A stretch of 61,600 nt of DNA from Acidobacteriota bacterium (GTDB taxonomy: Bacteria; Acidobacteriota; UBA6911): NCBI GenBank assembly GCA_016934295.1, contig JAFGTD010000011.1, forward strand, positions 1 through 61,600, in the 5' to 3' direction. The position numbers were made by a program, and so were the translations under genes. The notes below the pieces were generated by a model, which was given only the letters and a program-made list of their open reading frames with translations, did no database searches and had not been told where the DNA came from. This document shows, piece after piece, positions 38,044 through 48,795 of this stretch. How positions within the stretch are numbered: position 1 is the stretch's first letter; every line of letters begins with the position of its first letter.

Positions 38044-38952
38044 TCAATTACTCGGGGATCCCGAGACATTGCGGATCCCGCGAAAGATGATTTGATTGTC
38101 GAATCGCAGGTCCACGACGGGAATACTGATATTCCGGCTTTTGAACTTCTGGTACTCATCGCTGTCGATAAGCTCTCGAAAGCGATTCAGATAATCTTCT
38201 TTGCCGAGATAAATCTCGGCGGTATTGTCAACCAGCATGATTTTCAGGTTGCTCCGGTCTGAAATATCGACTTCGGATATCATTTTCGCGTAATCCGGGG
38301 ATCCCGATTCGATCTCAGACAGCATGTTCAGGGCATGATGAATGCGCGCTGTGTTTTCCTCCTGGTACTGGCCGTAGCTATCCGTATTTTTACCGACGAT
38401 GCCCTTGAAAACCGGGACGTCCAGTTTGCCGTACCTGGGGGCGTATGCATCGAGCAGGATGCCGTCATCATCCGCAATCATCAGCTGTCCGCTCATTTCA
38501 AGGATGACGCTGGGAACCCGTTCTTTTACGTAAAGGATTATGCCGGATGGCAGAACGCGCCGGATTTCCACATGTCGGATCCACTTTTCCTGTACCAGCT
38601 GTTTTTGTAATAGACCCAGGTCAATCCTCAGGATGTTGCCCGGAACATTTTCCCGCACAATCTGCTCCAGCCTGGCAGGTTCCGTTTCTTTGCAGCCGTA
38701 AATAGCCACATCGTCGAGGTGAAATTTTTCTGAATTGTATACATATATGCATACGAAGAGAATCATGGCTGCGATCAGTAGAATCCCTCCCAGTTTCCCC
38801 GTCATCCTGACCGCTGAAAGGACACGCCGGCCGGTAATACGGTTCTTGCCTATTTTCTGGGATGTTTTTTTTCGTACAGGGATTTTCCGGCCGTTAGACG
38901 GACTGCTTCTCTCTTCCTGTATCCTCCTCGATTTTTTTGTGCTGATCCTCAT
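38044..38952 (-). CDS. ftsQ: Cell division protein FtsQ/DivIB
   Basis: Basic N-tail, one TM helix, POTRA domain (WIRHVEIRRVLP..VKERVP), VDLRF. Confidence 0.9.
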   Translation of the reverse strand: MRISTKKSRRIQEERSSPSNGRKIPVRKKTSQKIGKNRITGRRVLSAVRMTGKLGGILLIAAMILFVCIYVYNSEKFHLDDVAIYGCKETEPARLEQIVRENVPGNILRIDLGLLQKQLVQEKWIRHVEIRRVLPSGIILYVKERVPSVILEMSGQLMIADDDGILLDAYAPRYGKLDVPVFKGIVGKNTDSYGQYQEENTARIHHALNMLSEIESGSPDYAKMISEVDISDRSNLKIMLVDNTAEIYLGKEDYLNRFRELIDSDEYQKFKSRNISIPVVDLRFDNQIIFRGIRNVSGSPSN

Positions 38953-39058
38953 TACGCCTCTCCATGAGGCAGAATTCCTGCTGCCGTATTGTGAATTCCA
39001 GACGCCGTTTTTGCCGGATCGGTCCGGTTGTTCGTAAAGCGGTCCGGGACTGTTCGGG

Positions 39059-40417
39059 TCATCTTAAAAATTCCTCTCCCACTTGCCATACGTCTCCCGC
39101 TCCGAGGGTGAGCAACAGATCGCCGTCCCGCACCCTTTCCTCGAGTATCCGACCGGCCGATTCGAAGTCGGGCGCATAGAGGGCATCCTGGTGCCCCCAT
39201 TCCCGTATACGTTCCACAAGCTTTTCGGCCGTGACGCCCGGAATCGGTTTTTCACCCGCGGCATATATGGGCGTGATCAGAACGAGATCCGAATCGTGAA
39301 ACGCCTGTGCAAAGTCCGCCTCCAATGCCTGGATGCGGGTGTATCGATGCGGCTGGAATACCGTGACGATCCGCCTGCTGCACGCAAGACGGGCCGCCTT
39401 CAGCGTCGCCACGATTTCCGTCGGATGATGCCCGTAATCGTCCACGACAAGGATGTCGTTTTTCCTGCCTTTGATCTGGAACCTGCGGTCGGCGTTCTGA
39501 AACGATTCAAGGGCGGCGGCGACAGTTTCGAACGGGATGTCGAGTTCCAGGCCCGTAGCAATTGCAGCCAGTGCGTTCAGAATCCCGTGCTCTCCGGGAA
39601 CCTGAAGCCGCAGAATTCCGAGGGATTTCCCTTTGTACTGAATCCTGCAGGAACTTCCGAAGTCCATGTACTCGATCCGGGATGCAGCCAGGTCCGCCGG
39701 AGCGTGGATACCGTAGGTTATGATCTGTCTTTCTATGCGTGGAATAATCGCCTGGACGTTCGGATTGTCGAGGCACAAGATGGCCGCGCCGTAAAAAGGA
39801 ACTTTGTTGACAAAAGAAACGAAGGCCGACCGGATTTCCTCCAGGTCGGCATAATGGTCCATGTGCTCCCTGTCAATGTTGGTAACGACCGCAATGGCGG
39901 GGCTCAGTTTCAGGAAGGAACCGTCGCTCTCGTCGGCTTCGGCTACGAGAAAATCGCCTTTGCCGAGTTTTGCATTGCTGCCGAACGCGTTCAGCCTGCC
40001 GCCGATCACGGCCGTGGGATCCAGCCCTCCGTGGACCAGGACCGTGGCTATCATGGATGTTGCGGTTGTTTTACCGTGAGCTCCCGCGACGGCCACCCCG
40101 TATTTCAGGCGCATCAGTTCAGCCAGCATTTCCACTCTGGGTATGACGGGAATATGCTGCTTTTTGGCTTCCACAACTTCAACGTTGTCCGGACGAACCG
40201 CGGAAGAAATAACGACCACATGCGCACCGTTTATATTGGCTGCATCGTGGCCTATTTTGATTTTTCCTCCCAAGCCGGCCAGGCGATCTGTCAGGGGACT
40301 TTGTTTCCTGTCCGATCCGGAAACCTGGTAGCCGAGGTTGAGAAGAAGCTCGGCAATGCCGCTCATCCCGATACCGCCTATCCCGACAAAATGAAGTTTC
40401 TGTATTTTCCCGAACAT
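39059..40417 (-). CDS. murC: UDP-N-acetylmuramate--L-alanine ligase
   Basis: [30 protein letters not shown] and DDYGHHPTE. Confidence 0.98.
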   Translation of the reverse strand: MFGKIQKLHFVGIGGIGMSGIAELLLNLGYQVSGSDRKQSPLTDRLAGLGGKIKIGHDAANINGAHVVVISSAVRPDNVEVVEAKKQHIPVIPRVEMLAELMRLKYGVAVAGAHGKTTATSMIATVLVHGGLDPTAVIGGRLNAFGSNAKLGKGDFLVAEADESDGSFLKLSPAIAVVTNIDREHMDHYADLEEIRSAFVSFVNKVPFYGAAILCLDNPNVQAIIPRIERQIITYGIHAPADLAASRIEYMDFGSSCRIQYKGKSLGILRLQVPGEHGILNALAAIATGLELDIPFETVAAALESFQNADRRFQIKGRKNDILVVDDYGHHPTEIVATLKAARLACSRRIVTVFQPHRYTRIQALEADFAQAFHDSDLVLITPIYAAGEKPIPGVTAEKLVERIREWGHQDALYAPDFESAGRILEERVRDGDLLLTLGAGDVWQVGEEFLR

Positions 40418-40423
40418 AATCGC

Positions 40424-41548
40424 CTAATTGCCCATTACCGGTTGATCGTGCGCAACCAGCTGGTTGCGGTATGAGAGATTCAACAGCATTCCCGTCGCCA
40501 GCAGGTTGAGAAGCAGGGAACTTCCGCCCTGGCTTATGAAAGGCAGCGCAATTCCTTTGGTGGGCAGCAATCCGAGCACCATGGAGATATTGATAAATCC
40601 CGGCAACACAACCATCAGGGTGAGACCGAGCGCCAGATAAAAACCGAAGCGGTCGGAGGAACGCAGTACGACTTTCATCCCCCGGAAGAAAAATATTAAA
40701 AATGCGCAGGTGACGACACAGGTTCCCAGGAGCCCGAGTTCTTCCCCGATCACGGCGAAGATAAAATCGCTGCTGGCTTCCGGCAGAAAGAACAGCTTCT
40801 GCTTTCCGGCGCCGAGTCCCAGCCCAGTAAGGCCCCCGCTTCCTACGGCGATGAGAGACTGGATTATCTGCCACCCGGATCCGTGAGGATCCCTATAGGG
40901 ATCCAGCCATATCAGAATTCGTTCTTCCCATCGCCAGGTCCAGACGACGAAAATGAAGAAAAGCGGAACAGCCAGCCCCAGAGCGCACGCATAATATTTC
41001 CAGGAAAGACCCGCAACAAACAGCATGACGGCTGCAATGAAACAGATGCACAATGCCTGCCCGAGATCGGGTTCGATGGCAATTATCCCGGCAAAGAACC
41101 CGACTACCAGCAGGAGTGGGAGAAGGCGTTTTTTGGGCTGGTTGATTTCGCTCTCATACCTGTGCAGATAGGCGGCAAGGAATACGATTACGGCAAGTTT
41201 GGCCAGTTCCGAGGGCTGGAAGGAAAAACCTCCGACTAGAATCCAGCGTTTCGCCCCGTTAATGGCCGGCCCCCGGGTGACGCAAATCAGGGCAATGGCG
41301 CATAGCGCCAGAATTGGTATATATATTTTCGGGTTCTGCCAGATGTGATAGTCGGCCTTCATCAGATAGACAAGGAATGCGAAACCGATGCAGGCAAACA
41401 GGAACTGTTTCATAAAGTAATAGGAAGATATTCCGTGCTCGGAAGACGCAACCACGGAAGAAGCGTTGTACACCATCAACAGGCCGAAGATCGTCAGAAA
41501 TCCGGCGGTGATGAAAAGAGTTTTATCGCTGCTGGGTTTATACGCCAT
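40424..41548 (-). CDS. ftsW: SEDS peptidoglycan polymerase FtsW
   Basis: NGAKRWI, FQPSELAK, EPDLG, FLPEASSDFIFA and PTKGIALPFIS. Confidence 0.96.
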   Translation of the reverse strand: MAYKPSSDKTLFITAGFLTIFGLLMVYNASSVVASSEHGISSYYFMKQFLFACIGFAFLVYLMKADYHIWQNPKIYIPILALCAIALICVTRGPAINGAKRWILVGGFSFQPSELAKLAVIVFLAAYLHRYESEINQPKKRLLPLLLVVGFFAGIIAIEPDLGQALCICFIAAVMLFVAGLSWKYYACALGLAVPLFFIFVVWTWRWEERILIWLDPYRDPHGSGWQIIQSLIAVGSGGLTGLGLGAGKQKLFFLPEASSDFIFAVIGEELGLLGTCVVTCAFLIFFFRGMKVVLRSSDRFGFYLALGLTLMVVLPGFINISMVLGLLPTKGIALPFISQGGSSLLLNLLATGMLLNLSYRNQLVAHDQPVMGN

Positions 41549-41616
41549 ATCCTTTTTGGATTATTCCTTCCGGTTAATGTTACCCGGTTCCCGTATTTAA
41601 TAATCCCGAGAGCCGG

Positions 41617-42996
41617 CTAATGTTCATGCATGCGGACGGCATCCTTGAAAGTCCGCCCGCGATGTTCGTAATCCTGAAACATGTCGAAACTCGCGCATGC
41701 CGGCGCGAGCAGGACTATGTCCCCCGGTTTTGCATTCTGTTTGCAGATGAGAACGGCTTCCTGCATTGTCCCGGCGTTGCTGGTCTCGACTTCACCGCCA
41801 AGAGAATCCCGGATTATGTCGGACGATTCGCCGATCAACACCAAATGTTTTACCCGTTGTCTTGCCGGGTTTCTCAGAAGGCTGAAGTCTCCTCCCTTAT
41901 CCTGTCCTCCGGCTATCAGGAATATATTTCCGGGAAAGGATTCGATCGATTTGATCGCCGCATCGACATTGGTCGCCTTGGAGTCATTGAAGTATTGAAC
42001 CCCGTCGATTTCCGAGACGAACTCGATGCGATGTTCCACTCCTTTGAATTTTTGAATGCTGTTATCGAGACTTTCAGGGGGGGCGCCTGCAAGAATTGCC
42101 ATGGTGCTGGCCGCAAGAACGTTCTCCAGGTTGTGGAATCCTTTCAGCTTGATTGATTCAAGCGGAAAAAGTGTTCTCTCCCCTCCAGGATCCCGGAATA
42201 TAACCCTTTCATTTCGTACGAAAGCTCCGTATGAAATTTCTTTCAGGCGACTGAACATCACCGGCGTAGCCTTCAGTCCGGCGGCGAGAGATGCCGTCCC
42301 GGAATTGTCGGCGTTCAAAACCGCGAAATCCGTGGTTCCCTGGTTCATGAAGATGCGTTGTTTGGCCGCTACATAGTCTTCGTAACTGTCGTAACGATTC
42401 ATATGATCGGGAGTGAGATTCAGAATGGATCCGATCCATGGCTGAAAATCCCGGATCCCTTCCAGTTGGAAACTGGAGAGTTCGACGGCATAAATATCTT
42501 CGGGCGTGGAATCGGCGACAAGATCGGTCAAGGGTATCCCAATGTTTCCGGCGGCATAGCTCCGCAGGCCGGCTCCTTTCAGGAGTTCCGAAACCAGGGT
42601 AGTTGTCGTGGTTTTGCCGTTCGAACCCGTAATCCCGATAATCCGGCCCTGAAGATGGCGGAAAGCAAGTTCGATTTCGGCCATAATCGGGATGCCGGCT
42701 TTCCGGCACAGCGCGAATTGCGGAAGTGCCAGGGGAACTCCGGGACTGACAACGGCAAAATCGCATCGTTCAAAGCTCTCGGGACGATGCTGCCCGAGTT
42801 CCAGTTCCAGCGCACCGGTATTTCCGGTCGATTCGACCAGCCCTGAGATGGACGCATTCAGAGCCTTCCGATCCCTGGAATCGGTCAGGATCACACGGGC
42901 GCCACTGCCGATCAGGAACCGGGCCGCGGCCAGTCCGCTCCTGCCGGCTCCCGCCACCAGTACTGTTTTGCCGTCGTAGTTCGTTTTTATATCCAT
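41617..42996 (-). CDS. murD: UDP-N-acetylmuramoylalanine--D-glutamate ligase
   Basis: GAGRSG, ITGSNGKTTT, ELSSFQL, NDSKATN, LLAPACASFDMF; real start MDIKTN at 42996. Confidence 0.97.
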   Translation of the reverse strand: MDIKTNYDGKTVLVAGAGRSGLAAARFLIGSGARVILTDSRDRKALNASISGLVESTGNTGALELELGQHRPESFERCDFAVVSPGVPLALPQFALCRKAGIPIMAEIELAFRHLQGRIIGITGSNGKTTTTTLVSELLKGAGLRSYAAGNIGIPLTDLVADSTPEDIYAVELSSFQLEGIRDFQPWIGSILNLTPDHMNRYDSYEDYVAAKQRIFMNQGTTDFAVLNADNSGTASLAAGLKATPVMFSRLKEISYGAFVRNERVIFRDPGGERTLFPLESIKLKGFHNLENVLAASTMAILAGAPPESLDNSIQKFKGVEHRIEFVSEIDGVQYFNDSKATNVDAAIKSIESFPGNIFLIAGGQDKGGDFSLLRNPARQRVKHLVLIGESSDIIRDSLGGEVETSNAGTMQEAVLICKQNAKPGDIVLLAPACASFDMFQDYEHRGRTFKDAVRMHEH

Positions 42997-43000
42997 GACG

Positions 43001-44425
43001 CTACTGTGTTTCAGGGCACTCAAAGTTCGAGCGGAAGCTTTTAACGATTGTTTCCATGCGCACTCCGCGAGAGCCCTTGACAAGAACCAGATCTCCTTTT
43101 CGTATATCTTTTTGTAAAAAAGCGGATGCTTCCTCGGCATTCTGAAAAAATCGGGCCTGTTTGTCCGTCATCCCTTCATTTTGCGCGGCTCGAACAATTT
43201 CCTGCGACGCTCCCTGTACGCCGACGATGCCGGTGACGCCCGATTTTGAGGCGAAACGGCCGCATTCACGGTGCAATTCTGCCGAATCGGGTCCCAGCTC
43301 CAGCATTTCACCCGCTACCAGGATCCGGCGTTCGTACAAGGGGAGTTGGCACAGAACTTCGATCATGCTCTTCAGCGCCTCGGGATTGGAATTGTAGGAA
43401 TCATCGATAACACTGAAGCCTTCTCTGAAATGAAGAATCCGACCCCGCATGGAGACCTGACGCATATGTCGAAGGTTTTCCGTAATTTGTTCCGTAGCCA
43501 GGCCGTAGTGACTGGCCAGTGCAACGGCGGGTAAAGCATTCTCGACAAAATGTGCTCCCGGCAGCGGAATTGTCGCAACCGTGCTTTTGCCGCTGTAGGA
43601 TAGGCGGAAACGGGTTTCTTCAGGACTGACGATTTCGATTCGATCTGCGTGAAAATCCGACCCGTTTGTGAATCCGAAAGAAATTTTATGGCCCCCGAAT
43701 TGTGCGGCAATGTCGCGAACCAATGGAATATCGCCGTTGTAAATCAGCGTTCCTGCTGCTGGGAGCGCCTCGGCAAGTTCTCCCTTGGCACGGGCGATCT
43801 CTTCAAGTGAATTGAAGAATTCCAGGTGGACCGGGGCGACGTTTGTAATGATTCCGATAGTCGGTTTGGCGATACGGCACATTTCGGCGATTTCCCCGGG
43901 AGCGCTCATGCCCATTTCGAAAATCCCGATGGAGTCATTCGGTGTAAGCCCGAAAATTGCAAGCGGCAGTCCGTACAGGTTGTTGTAATTGCCGGGAGTG
44001 CGATAAACGCTCCTGTCGCCCTGCAACATTTGAGCCGCGAACTCTTTCACGGTAGTCTTGCCCATGCTCCCCGTGATCCCGACCGCCGTGCCCTGCCACC
44101 GGCGTCGCACAGCCGATGCAAGGTCCTTCAAAGCCTGATGGGTGTCGCCAACTTTTATCAGGACGCATTGGGAAGGGAATCCCTCCGTTTGCAGATGACC
44201 GGATTCGGCGACGATTCCGCGGGCGCCGCTCGAAACAGCGTTCGGGATAAATTTGTGACCGTCCTGATTCGGACCGCGGATCGCGAAAAAGAGGTCTCCG
44301 TTTCGCAGTGTCCGGCTGTCGATGGAAACGCCCGAAAAAGACACGTCTCCGTTTCCGACGGCCAGGACGCCCCCGGCATAGCCTGCAATTTCATCCGCAC
44401 TGAATTGGGACAAGGTGGATTCCAT
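43001..44425 (-). CDS. murF: UDP-MurNAc-tripeptide--D-Ala-D-Ala ligase
   Basis: ITGSMGKTTVKE, EMGMS, DDSYNSNP, GEMLELG and VKGSRG. Confidence 0.97.
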   Translation of the reverse strand: MESTLSQFSADEIAGYAGGVLAVGNGDVSFSGVSIDSRTLRNGDLFFAIRGPNQDGHKFIPNAVSSGARGIVAESGHLQTEGFPSQCVLIKVGDTHQALKDLASAVRRRWQGTAVGITGSMGKTTVKEFAAQMLQGDRSVYRTPGNYNNLYGLPLAIFGLTPNDSIGIFEMGMSAPGEIAEMCRIAKPTIGIITNVAPVHLEFFNSLEEIARAKGELAEALPAAGTLIYNGDIPLVRDIAAQFGGHKISFGFTNGSDFHADRIEIVSPEETRFRLSYSGKSTVATIPLPGAHFVENALPAVALASHYGLATEQITENLRHMRQVSMRGRILHFREGFSVIDDSYNSNPEALKSMIEVLCQLPLYERRILVAGEMLELGPDSAELHRECGRFASKSGVTGIVGVQGASQEIVRAAQNEGMTDKQARFFQNAEEASAFLQKDIRKGDLVLVKGSRGVRMETIVKSFRSNFECPETQ

Positions 44426-44435
44426 AAAAATACAA

Positions 44436-44635
44436 CCGTTCGCCGTTTCCCGTTCACCGTTCTCCGTTGAAAACCGTCAACTGGGAATGGGATTAACATT
44501 AAATTTCGTATGCCTCACGATAGGGCAGTCCAAATCAGACACCTTAATAACGTTGACCGTTCTCCGTTCTGGGTTCTCCGTTGAGAAACCCTGTGAGGAA
44601 TGCGGGTTAAGAGGGCAATCCAAATCAACCATCCT
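44436..44635. repeat. Two heptamer (CCGTTNN) tandem arrays, each followed by a similar AGGGCARTCCAAATCA motif, in the murE-murF spacer
   Basis: 44436-44470 ccgttcg ccgtttc ccgttca ccgttct ccgttga; 44550-44584 acgttga ccgttct ccgttct gggttct ccgttga; motif copies at ~44522 and ~44612. Confidence 0.75.
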
Positions 44636-46100
44636 CTTTTAATAGTTTCGATAAGCTTTCCCGGGCGACCTGCCGGTCATCGAACGGGTTCCTCGAACCG
44701 CCGACGATCTGGTAATCTTCATGGCCTTTGCCCGCGATTACGACAATATCTCCTTTGCCGGCCGTCCCAACCGCCAGTTCAATGGCTTCGCGGCGATCCG
44801 GCACTATCCTGTAGATTCCCGTTCCTTCATGCATGCCTGTTTCAATATCCTTGATTATGTCGAGGGGATTTTCCGACCTCGGATTGTCTGATGTGACAAT
44901 CGACAGGTCGCTCTTGTCGACCGCGATCGATCCCATAATGGGGCGTTTGCTTTTATCGCGGTCTCCGCCGCATCCGAAGACCGTTAAGATTTTTTCATGG
45001 GGAAGCTGGGCCGCGAGAGTCAGCAGATTCTCCAGCGCGTCCGGTGTATGTGCATAATCCACGATGACGGTAAAATCCTGTCCTGCATCCACGCGTTCGA
45101 ATCGTCCGGGAACTCCCTGCATGGATTCTATCCCATCCCGTATTTCTTCAAGGTCGATCTGCAGGCAGAGCGCGGCGCCGGTTGCCGCCATAACGTTGTA
45201 CACATTATGCCGCCCTATCAGACCTGTCTCGAATACAGCTTCTCCCATAGGCGTCGCCAGGATCAGGTCGGTGCCGTCGGCGCGGGTTTTATAATCCAGA
45301 ACGTGAATGTCCGCTTCCGGGTTGAAACCGAAACTAAGAACGGAACCATCGAAATAATCCTTAAGCTTTTTCCCGTAGGGATCGTCGGTATTGATCACGG
45401 CCGATTCGAGGTTATTCCTGTTTTCGGGCGAGAACAGCAGCCGTTTGGCGCTGTAATAGTTTTCTATATCCCGATGGAAGTCGAGGTGATCCCGGGTGAG
45501 ATTCATAAATACGCCCACTCTGAATTTCATGCCGAAAACACGTTTGAAAACCAGGGCATGGGAGGAGACTTCCAGGGAACCGTGGGTACATCCTTCTGTT
45601 GCGGCCAGGTGCAGGAACTGCATCAGATCAGGCGACTCCGGTGTCGTATGCCGGCTCTGGATACTTCCTGCGGCCGTCTTCATCGCTATCGTTCCCCCGA
45701 GACATGAGCGCAATCCCGTTCTTCTGAAAATCGAGTCGATAAGATAGGTGGTTGTGGTCTTGCCGTTCGTGCCGGTTACGGCGACAAGCTTCAGCTTTGA
45801 TGCCGGATCCTGATGAAAGATACGGGATATGTCGGCCAGGAATTTTCGTGCGTCGGGTACCGTAAAAGCCACGAAGTTTTCCGCGGGAGCAACCGGGTGT
45901 TCGGCTGCAACGGCTGCGGCTCCCCGGATCGCGGCCTGTTTGACGAAGCAGGCCCCATCGGCCTTTTCTCCCTTCATTGCGACAAAAAGATGCCCTTCCC
46001 GGCAGGCCCGGGAATCGTACGAGACACCTTGAATATGCACATCGGGAATTCCCGTTGTGTCTATGCCGGGAATCTGTTCGAGTGCCGTTCGCAATAACAT
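44625..46100 (-). CDS. murE: UDP-MurNAc-dipeptide--diaminopimelate ligase
   Basis: VTGTNGKTTT, EVSSHAL, VDYAHTPDAL and DNPR (mDAP-type specificity motif). Confidence 0.97.
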   Translation of the reverse strand: MLLRTALEQIPGIDTTGIPDVHIQGVSYDSRACREGHLFVAMKGEKADGACFVKQAAIRGAAAVAAEHPVAPAENFVAFTVPDARKFLADISRIFHQDPASKLKLVAVTGTNGKTTTTYLIDSIFRRTGLRSCLGGTIAMKTAAGSIQSRHTTPESPDLMQFLHLAATEGCTHGSLEVSSHALVFKRVFGMKFRVGVFMNLTRDHLDFHRDIENYYSAKRLLFSPENRNNLESAVINTDDPYGKKLKDYFDGSVLSFGFNPEADIHVLDYKTRADGTDLILATPMGEAVFETGLIGRHNVYNVMAATGAALCLQIDLEEIRDGIESMQGVPGRFERVDAGQDFTVIVDYAHTPDALENLLTLAAQLPHEKILTVFGCGGDRDKSKRPIMGSIAVDKSDLSIVTSDNPRSENPLDIIKDIETGMHEGTGIYRIVPDRREAIELAVGTAGKGDIVVIAGKGHEDYQIVGGSRNPFDDRQVARESLSKLLKEDG

Positions 46101-46112
46101 TAGAATCCTCTT

Positions 46113-48227
46113 TCAGGGTGCGTTGCCTGAGGATAGCTGCAGATTCGCTCTTTGAACCGCACTGCGCGGTTCCAAGGTCGCTACATGGTCCCCCACGCTC
46201 TTTTTCGTAAATGTCACGCTGCATGTCGAACCCACCGGAATCTCGGTTCCCGGTAAGGGAGACTGATAAATTGCCACGCCGGAGCCTTTTGACTGCAAAT
46301 GAATTCCCAGATCGATACACCGGTTTAGAACCTTCCTCTTAGACATGCCTCGAAAATCGGGCAGGACAATCCGTGCGCTCTTAATCTGTACGGCGATAAC
46401 ATCCGGTTGATCGGCACTCAACGGATCCGTGTTGGATGCTGTGACCGGTTGTGCCGGAATAGCGTCCGGCAGGAAATCTTCCGTTCCGGTGTCGGCGATT
46501 GCAGGCGTATATTCCGGCAGAGAGAGATTCGTATCGGGCGGAACCCGAAGCTGCAACAACACTTCCTGCGCGATGTTCTTAAAGTAGGGAGCGCATACAT
46601 CCCCGCCGTAGTATTTGTTTTTGGGTTCGTCGAGCTGGACCAGGATTGTGATCCGCGGATTGGGGAGAGGCGCGAATCCGATGAAGGAGGATACATAGAC
46701 ACCCTTTTCATAACGTCCGTTCACGATCTTCTGGGCTGTGCCGGTTTTTCCCGCAGCACGATATCCTTCAAGCGCCGCGTGTTTTCCTGTGCCGCGCACA
46801 ACGGCTCCTTCGAAAGCTTCTGTTACTGCTTCGGCCGTTCGGTGACTCATTATCTGAGTCCGTATCGGCCGGTTTTCCCTGATTGTATTGTGATTTTCAT
46901 CTATGATGCGATCGACAACCGATGGACGGACCAGATAGCCTCCGTTCGCTATGGCATTAATCGCCGTCAAGATCTGTATGGACGTGACGCCCACTTCCTG
47001 GCCGAAAGAGATGGACGCTATCGACAACCCTGACCAGTCTTTCGTGTCGCGAACAGAGCCGGCGATTTCGCCCGGCAGATCAATGCCGGTTCGCGAACCG
47101 AATCCAAAATGTCTGATTGCTTCGTAAAGTCTCTGTTGTGCCAACCGCAGGCCCAGTTTTACCGCGCCGACGTTGGACGAGTGCTCCAGGATTTCGTTGA
47201 AGGTCAGTTTCCCGTATTGCTTATGATCGCGAAAAACATGGCCGGCGAGAGTAATGGATCCATTCTCGCAGTCGATCACATCGTCGGGCCGGATCAGTCC
47301 CGCTTCCAAAGCGGCGGTAGCGACGACAACCTTAAAGGTGGATCCCGGTTCGAACATATCCGTCACCGCCCTGTTCCGTCGTTGCCCTGCAGTATATGTA
47401 TTGTAAGTGTTGCAGTTAAACGTTGGATAATTCGACAGGGCGAGTATCCGTCCCGTATCGGATTCCATTATGATTGCGGTGCCTGCCTTAGCCTGGGCAT
47501 TTTTTACTGCGGCGGCCAGCTCCCGGTCGGCGATGAACTGGATCGACTTGTCAATACTGAGAGCCAGTGAGCAACCCTGGACAGGTGGTTTCTCTACATT
47601 GACCCGGAACGATTGGCGGCGGGCATCGACATCGAAGGAGAAAAGACCGTCTTCTCCTTTCAGTTCCCGGTCGTATTGCAGCTCGAGGCCGGCGCCTCCA
47701 TTCCCTTCCATGTTCACAAATCCAAGCGCATGCGATGCGAGTTCGCGATTAGGGTATACCCGCATGCTTTCATCCACGAAATACACTCCCTCGATTCCCA
47801 GTGCTTTTATACTTGTTTCCGCCGCAGGATCGATCCGGCGTTTAATGCGGAGGTATTCTTTTCGTGCGGGATCCGACATCTTCTTCAGTAGTTTTTCAGG
47901 ATCGATATCAAGGATGGCCGCCAGCTTGCGTGATGCTTCGGGTTTGTTGTCGATTATTTTCGGTGTGGCCAGAACGGTAGGTACTGTTACGCTGGTGGCC
48001 AATTCATCCATATGGCTGTCATAAATAATCCCCCGCGGCGCGGAAACCGATCGTGTGACCTGTTGTTTTTTTCGAGCGCTCTGTGCGTACGCTTCATGCT
48101 GCACTATTTGCAGTTGTACAAGTCGTACCAGGATGGACAGGCTCCATAGGGTGATCCCCAGCATAATGAGGACGATTTTTGCGGATTGGATCCTTCCTCC
48201 ACTCTTGGACATAAAAACCTGGCTCAT
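46113..48227 (-). CDS. ftsI: Class B penicillin-binding protein FtsI with C-terminal PASTA domain
   Basis: PRGIIYD, EPGSTFK (SxxK), SSNVG (SxN), GKTGTAQ; PASTA LPDFRGMS. Confidence 0.95.
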   Translation of the reverse strand: MSQVFMSKSGGRIQSAKIVLIMLGITLWSLSILVRLVQLQIVQHEAYAQSARKKQQVTRSVSAPRGIIYDSHMDELATSVTVPTVLATPKIIDNKPEASRKLAAILDIDPEKLLKKMSDPARKEYLRIKRRIDPAAETSIKALGIEGVYFVDESMRVYPNRELASHALGFVNMEGNGGAGLELQYDRELKGEDGLFSFDVDARRQSFRVNVEKPPVQGCSLALSIDKSIQFIADRELAAAVKNAQAKAGTAIIMESDTGRILALSNYPTFNCNTYNTYTAGQRRNRAVTDMFEPGSTFKVVVATAALEAGLIRPDDVIDCENGSITLAGHVFRDHKQYGKLTFNEILEHSSNVGAVKLGLRLAQQRLYEAIRHFGFGSRTGIDLPGEIAGSVRDTKDWSGLSIASISFGQEVGVTSIQILTAINAIANGGYLVRPSVVDRIIDENHNTIRENRPIRTQIMSHRTAEAVTEAFEGAVVRGTGKHAALEGYRAAGKTGTAQKIVNGRYEKGVYVSSFIGFAPLPNPRITILVQLDEPKNKYYGGDVCAPYFKNIAQEVLLQLRVPPDTNLSLPEYTPAIADTGTEDFLPDAIPAQPVTASNTDPLSADQPDVIAVQIKSARIVLPDFRGMSKRKVLNRCIDLGIHLQSKGSGVAIYQSPLPGTEIPVGSTCSVTFTKKSVGDHVATLEPRSAVQRANLQLSSGNAP

Positions 48228-48258
48228 TCACAGATTTCAGGAGAGAAATTTGAATTAA

Positions 48259-48696
48259 TTAATTAATAGTGTTCCGAAGCGTTCGTTTTTTCGAGTTCTT
48301 TAAATTGTCCGCTTCGGATCCGACCATTGCCAGCGAATCTGCAATACCGCGATCCCGGGTTTGAATCGGTGGCAGGATCATCTGATTCGGGCGCAGTTTG
48401 GTCATCCCAAGATCGCGGGTTGCGAGCGTATAGATGCGCTCTGGGCTTGTCAGAGTCTCTTCTTCAGCAATCAGGTTATCCTGCATATCCAGCAGCTTTT
48501 CTTCATCTTCGAAAAGATTCTGAGTTTCGTAACCGATGTATACGATCTGGCTGCGAACCCATGAGTAGAAAAGGAGAGCACCGGCGATCAATCCCAACGC
48601 TATGATGGTTCGCAGTAGCTCCGATAATATGCGCGCATCAATAACGCATTTGATGCCGTTGTTGCGAATTTCTATGCCGTCGGCCCAATCCGTCAT
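48259..48696 (-). CDS. ftsL: Cell division protein FtsL
   Basis: Single TM helix + coiled coil + SPERIYTLATRDLGM; lies between rsmH and ftsI. Confidence 0.85.
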   Translation of the reverse strand: MTDWADGIEIRNNGIKCVIDARILSELLRTIIALGLIAGALLFYSWVRSQIVYIGYETQNLFEDEEKLLDMQDNLIAEEETLTSPERIYTLATRDLGMTKLRPNQMILPPIQTRDRGIADSLAMVGSEADNLKNSKKRTLRNTIN

Positions 48697-48795
48697 TTCA
48701 ATCTCCTGTACTATGAGGTTCGGGTGATTCGTTATGCCCTGAAACGTAAATGAACATCGATATGCCTTGCATCCTTTGCGACAACAATCCCTGAG

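Noticed and set aside
39083-40474. 463-aa + strand ORF (and similar long antisense ORFs such as 13691..14713 and 37098..37961)
   Set aside because: These are shadow ORFs opposite well-supported genes (murC, glgP, ftsA), with no recognisable motifs.
42997-43140. Extended murD N-terminus in the ORF track
   Set aside because: It overlaps murF; MurD homology begins at MDIKTN (42996).
44436-44635. CRISPR array
   Set aside because: Only two degenerate units plus heptamer runs, no repeat-spacer periodicity and no cas genes.
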